NCBI GenBank assembly: GCA_041178085.1
Contig: JBEGVZ010000003.1
Coordinates: 1-25,473 of the forward strand
Length of the DNA: 25,473 bases
Source of the DNA: Pseudomonadota bacterium
GTDB lineage: Bacteria; Bdellovibrionota_B; Oligoflexia; Oligoflexales; RGVZ01
Direction of reading: 5' to 3'
Shown here in pieces: positions 24,855 to 25,473 of this stretch. The position numbers and the translations under genes are program-made. The notes below the pieces were generated by a model, which saw nothing but the letters and a program-made list of their open reading frames with translations, did not search any database and was not told the origin of the DNA. Positions within the stretch are counted from its first letter, which is position 1; every line of letters starts with the position of its first letter.

Positions 24855-25473
24855 AACCCGGGCATGTTTTCAATGCGGCGCTGGGGACCCTTTGGTTGGT
24901 GCTTCTCGTTGTGGCACTTGCAGGGGTCAGCACCCGTACGTTCCAGCTAGCTGACAAGGCCTACAAACTGGTGAATGAGCCGCCTTTCTCTGAGCTCAGT
25001 CCTGAATTCATCGATGTCGTGACCCTTGGGCATCGCGGGGTTGTCGATGATGCCCTGCTTGTTTTTACTTTGAACTACCTGGTGGATGTCCGTTTGAAAT
25101 CAACGCCTGCGGAGGATGTTTTCGCGGCACTCAAGGCGACAACGCGGCTCAAGCCCCGCATTGAGACCATTTATATGTTCGGGTGCCTGGTGCTTGCGAT
25201 GGAAATGAACCGTCCCGAGTTTTGCGAGCCGATCATCTCCGATGGTCTGGGGTTGTTCCCCGATGGCTGGCGTCTTCCGCTGACACTTGGGACTGTCCTT
25301 TACAACAATTTGAAGGACGAGGCTCGTGCCGCCGTGTTTTATGAAATCGCAGCATCCAAGCCGGATGCACCGCGCTATGCAGGCCGTTTTGCCGCCAAGC
25401 TGAGAGATCGCAGTCAGATTGATCCGGCTGAAATGCAGGTGCTGGTTGACGGGCTGGGCAAGTTGCTTGGACG
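24851..25473 (+). CDS. Membrane-anchored TPR-like protein resembling the type IV pilus accessory proteins PilG (Myxococcus)/XapA (Geobacter); partial
   Basis: Not in the ORF track. ATG 24851 overlaps the yggT stop. Manual translation: N-terminal TM (LGTLWLVLLVVALAG), VTLGHRGVVDD, RLKPRIETIYMFG, GLGLFPDGWRLPLTLG..LYNNLKD..RAAVFYEIAASKPDAPRY. Open to the window end. Confidence 0.65.
   Translation, partial: MKPGHVFNAALGTLWLVLLVVALAGVSTRTFQLADKAYKLVNEPPFSELSPEFIDVVTLGHRGVVDDALLVFTLNYLVDVRLKSTPAEDVFAALKATTRLKPRIETIYMFGCLVLAMEMNRPEFCEPIISDGLGLFPDGWRLPLTLGTVLYNNLKDEARAAVFYEIAASKPDAPRYAGRFAAKLRDRSQIDPAEMQVLVDGLGKLLG

Overview
Gene-dense bacterial chromosomal window with moderately high GC. The gene content (GYF_2-PilZ, myxobacteria-style FHA proteins, PilG/XapA-like TPR protein, LpoB-COG3014 pair) suggests Bdellovibrionota (Oligoflexia-like) or a related former deltaproteobacterium; this is inference. 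About 25 CDS are supported. Housekeeping genes: mnmH(selU)-selD, mnmG, thyX, rsmB, leucine dehydrogenase, yggS-yggT, lpoB, a Prx-like thioredoxin, a YoaK/DUF1275 protein and a putative Na+/H+ antiporter. Two CDS cut by the window edges are missing from the ORF track: a minus-strand lipoprotein (<1..526) and a PilG/XapA-like TPR protein (24851..>25473). Two modules stand out. (1) A tight three-gene operon at 5299-8950 encodes a tandem-FHA protein, a signal peptide-VWA-like-TM-FHA protein and an FHA-TM-lytic transglycosylase; all four FHA domains lack the phosphothreonine-binding Arg. (2) A membrane class III nucleotidyl cyclase with an altered specificity/catalytic residue set sits 11 nt upstream of a CREST/alkaline-ceramidase-like hydrolase. 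Three sigma-28 (FliA)-like promoters with exact 15-nt spacing precede the beta-helix lipoprotein, the cyclase and the GYF-PilZ gene. No tRNA, rRNA, CRISPR array, IS or prophage was seen. All calls come from reading motifs by eye; no searches were run.
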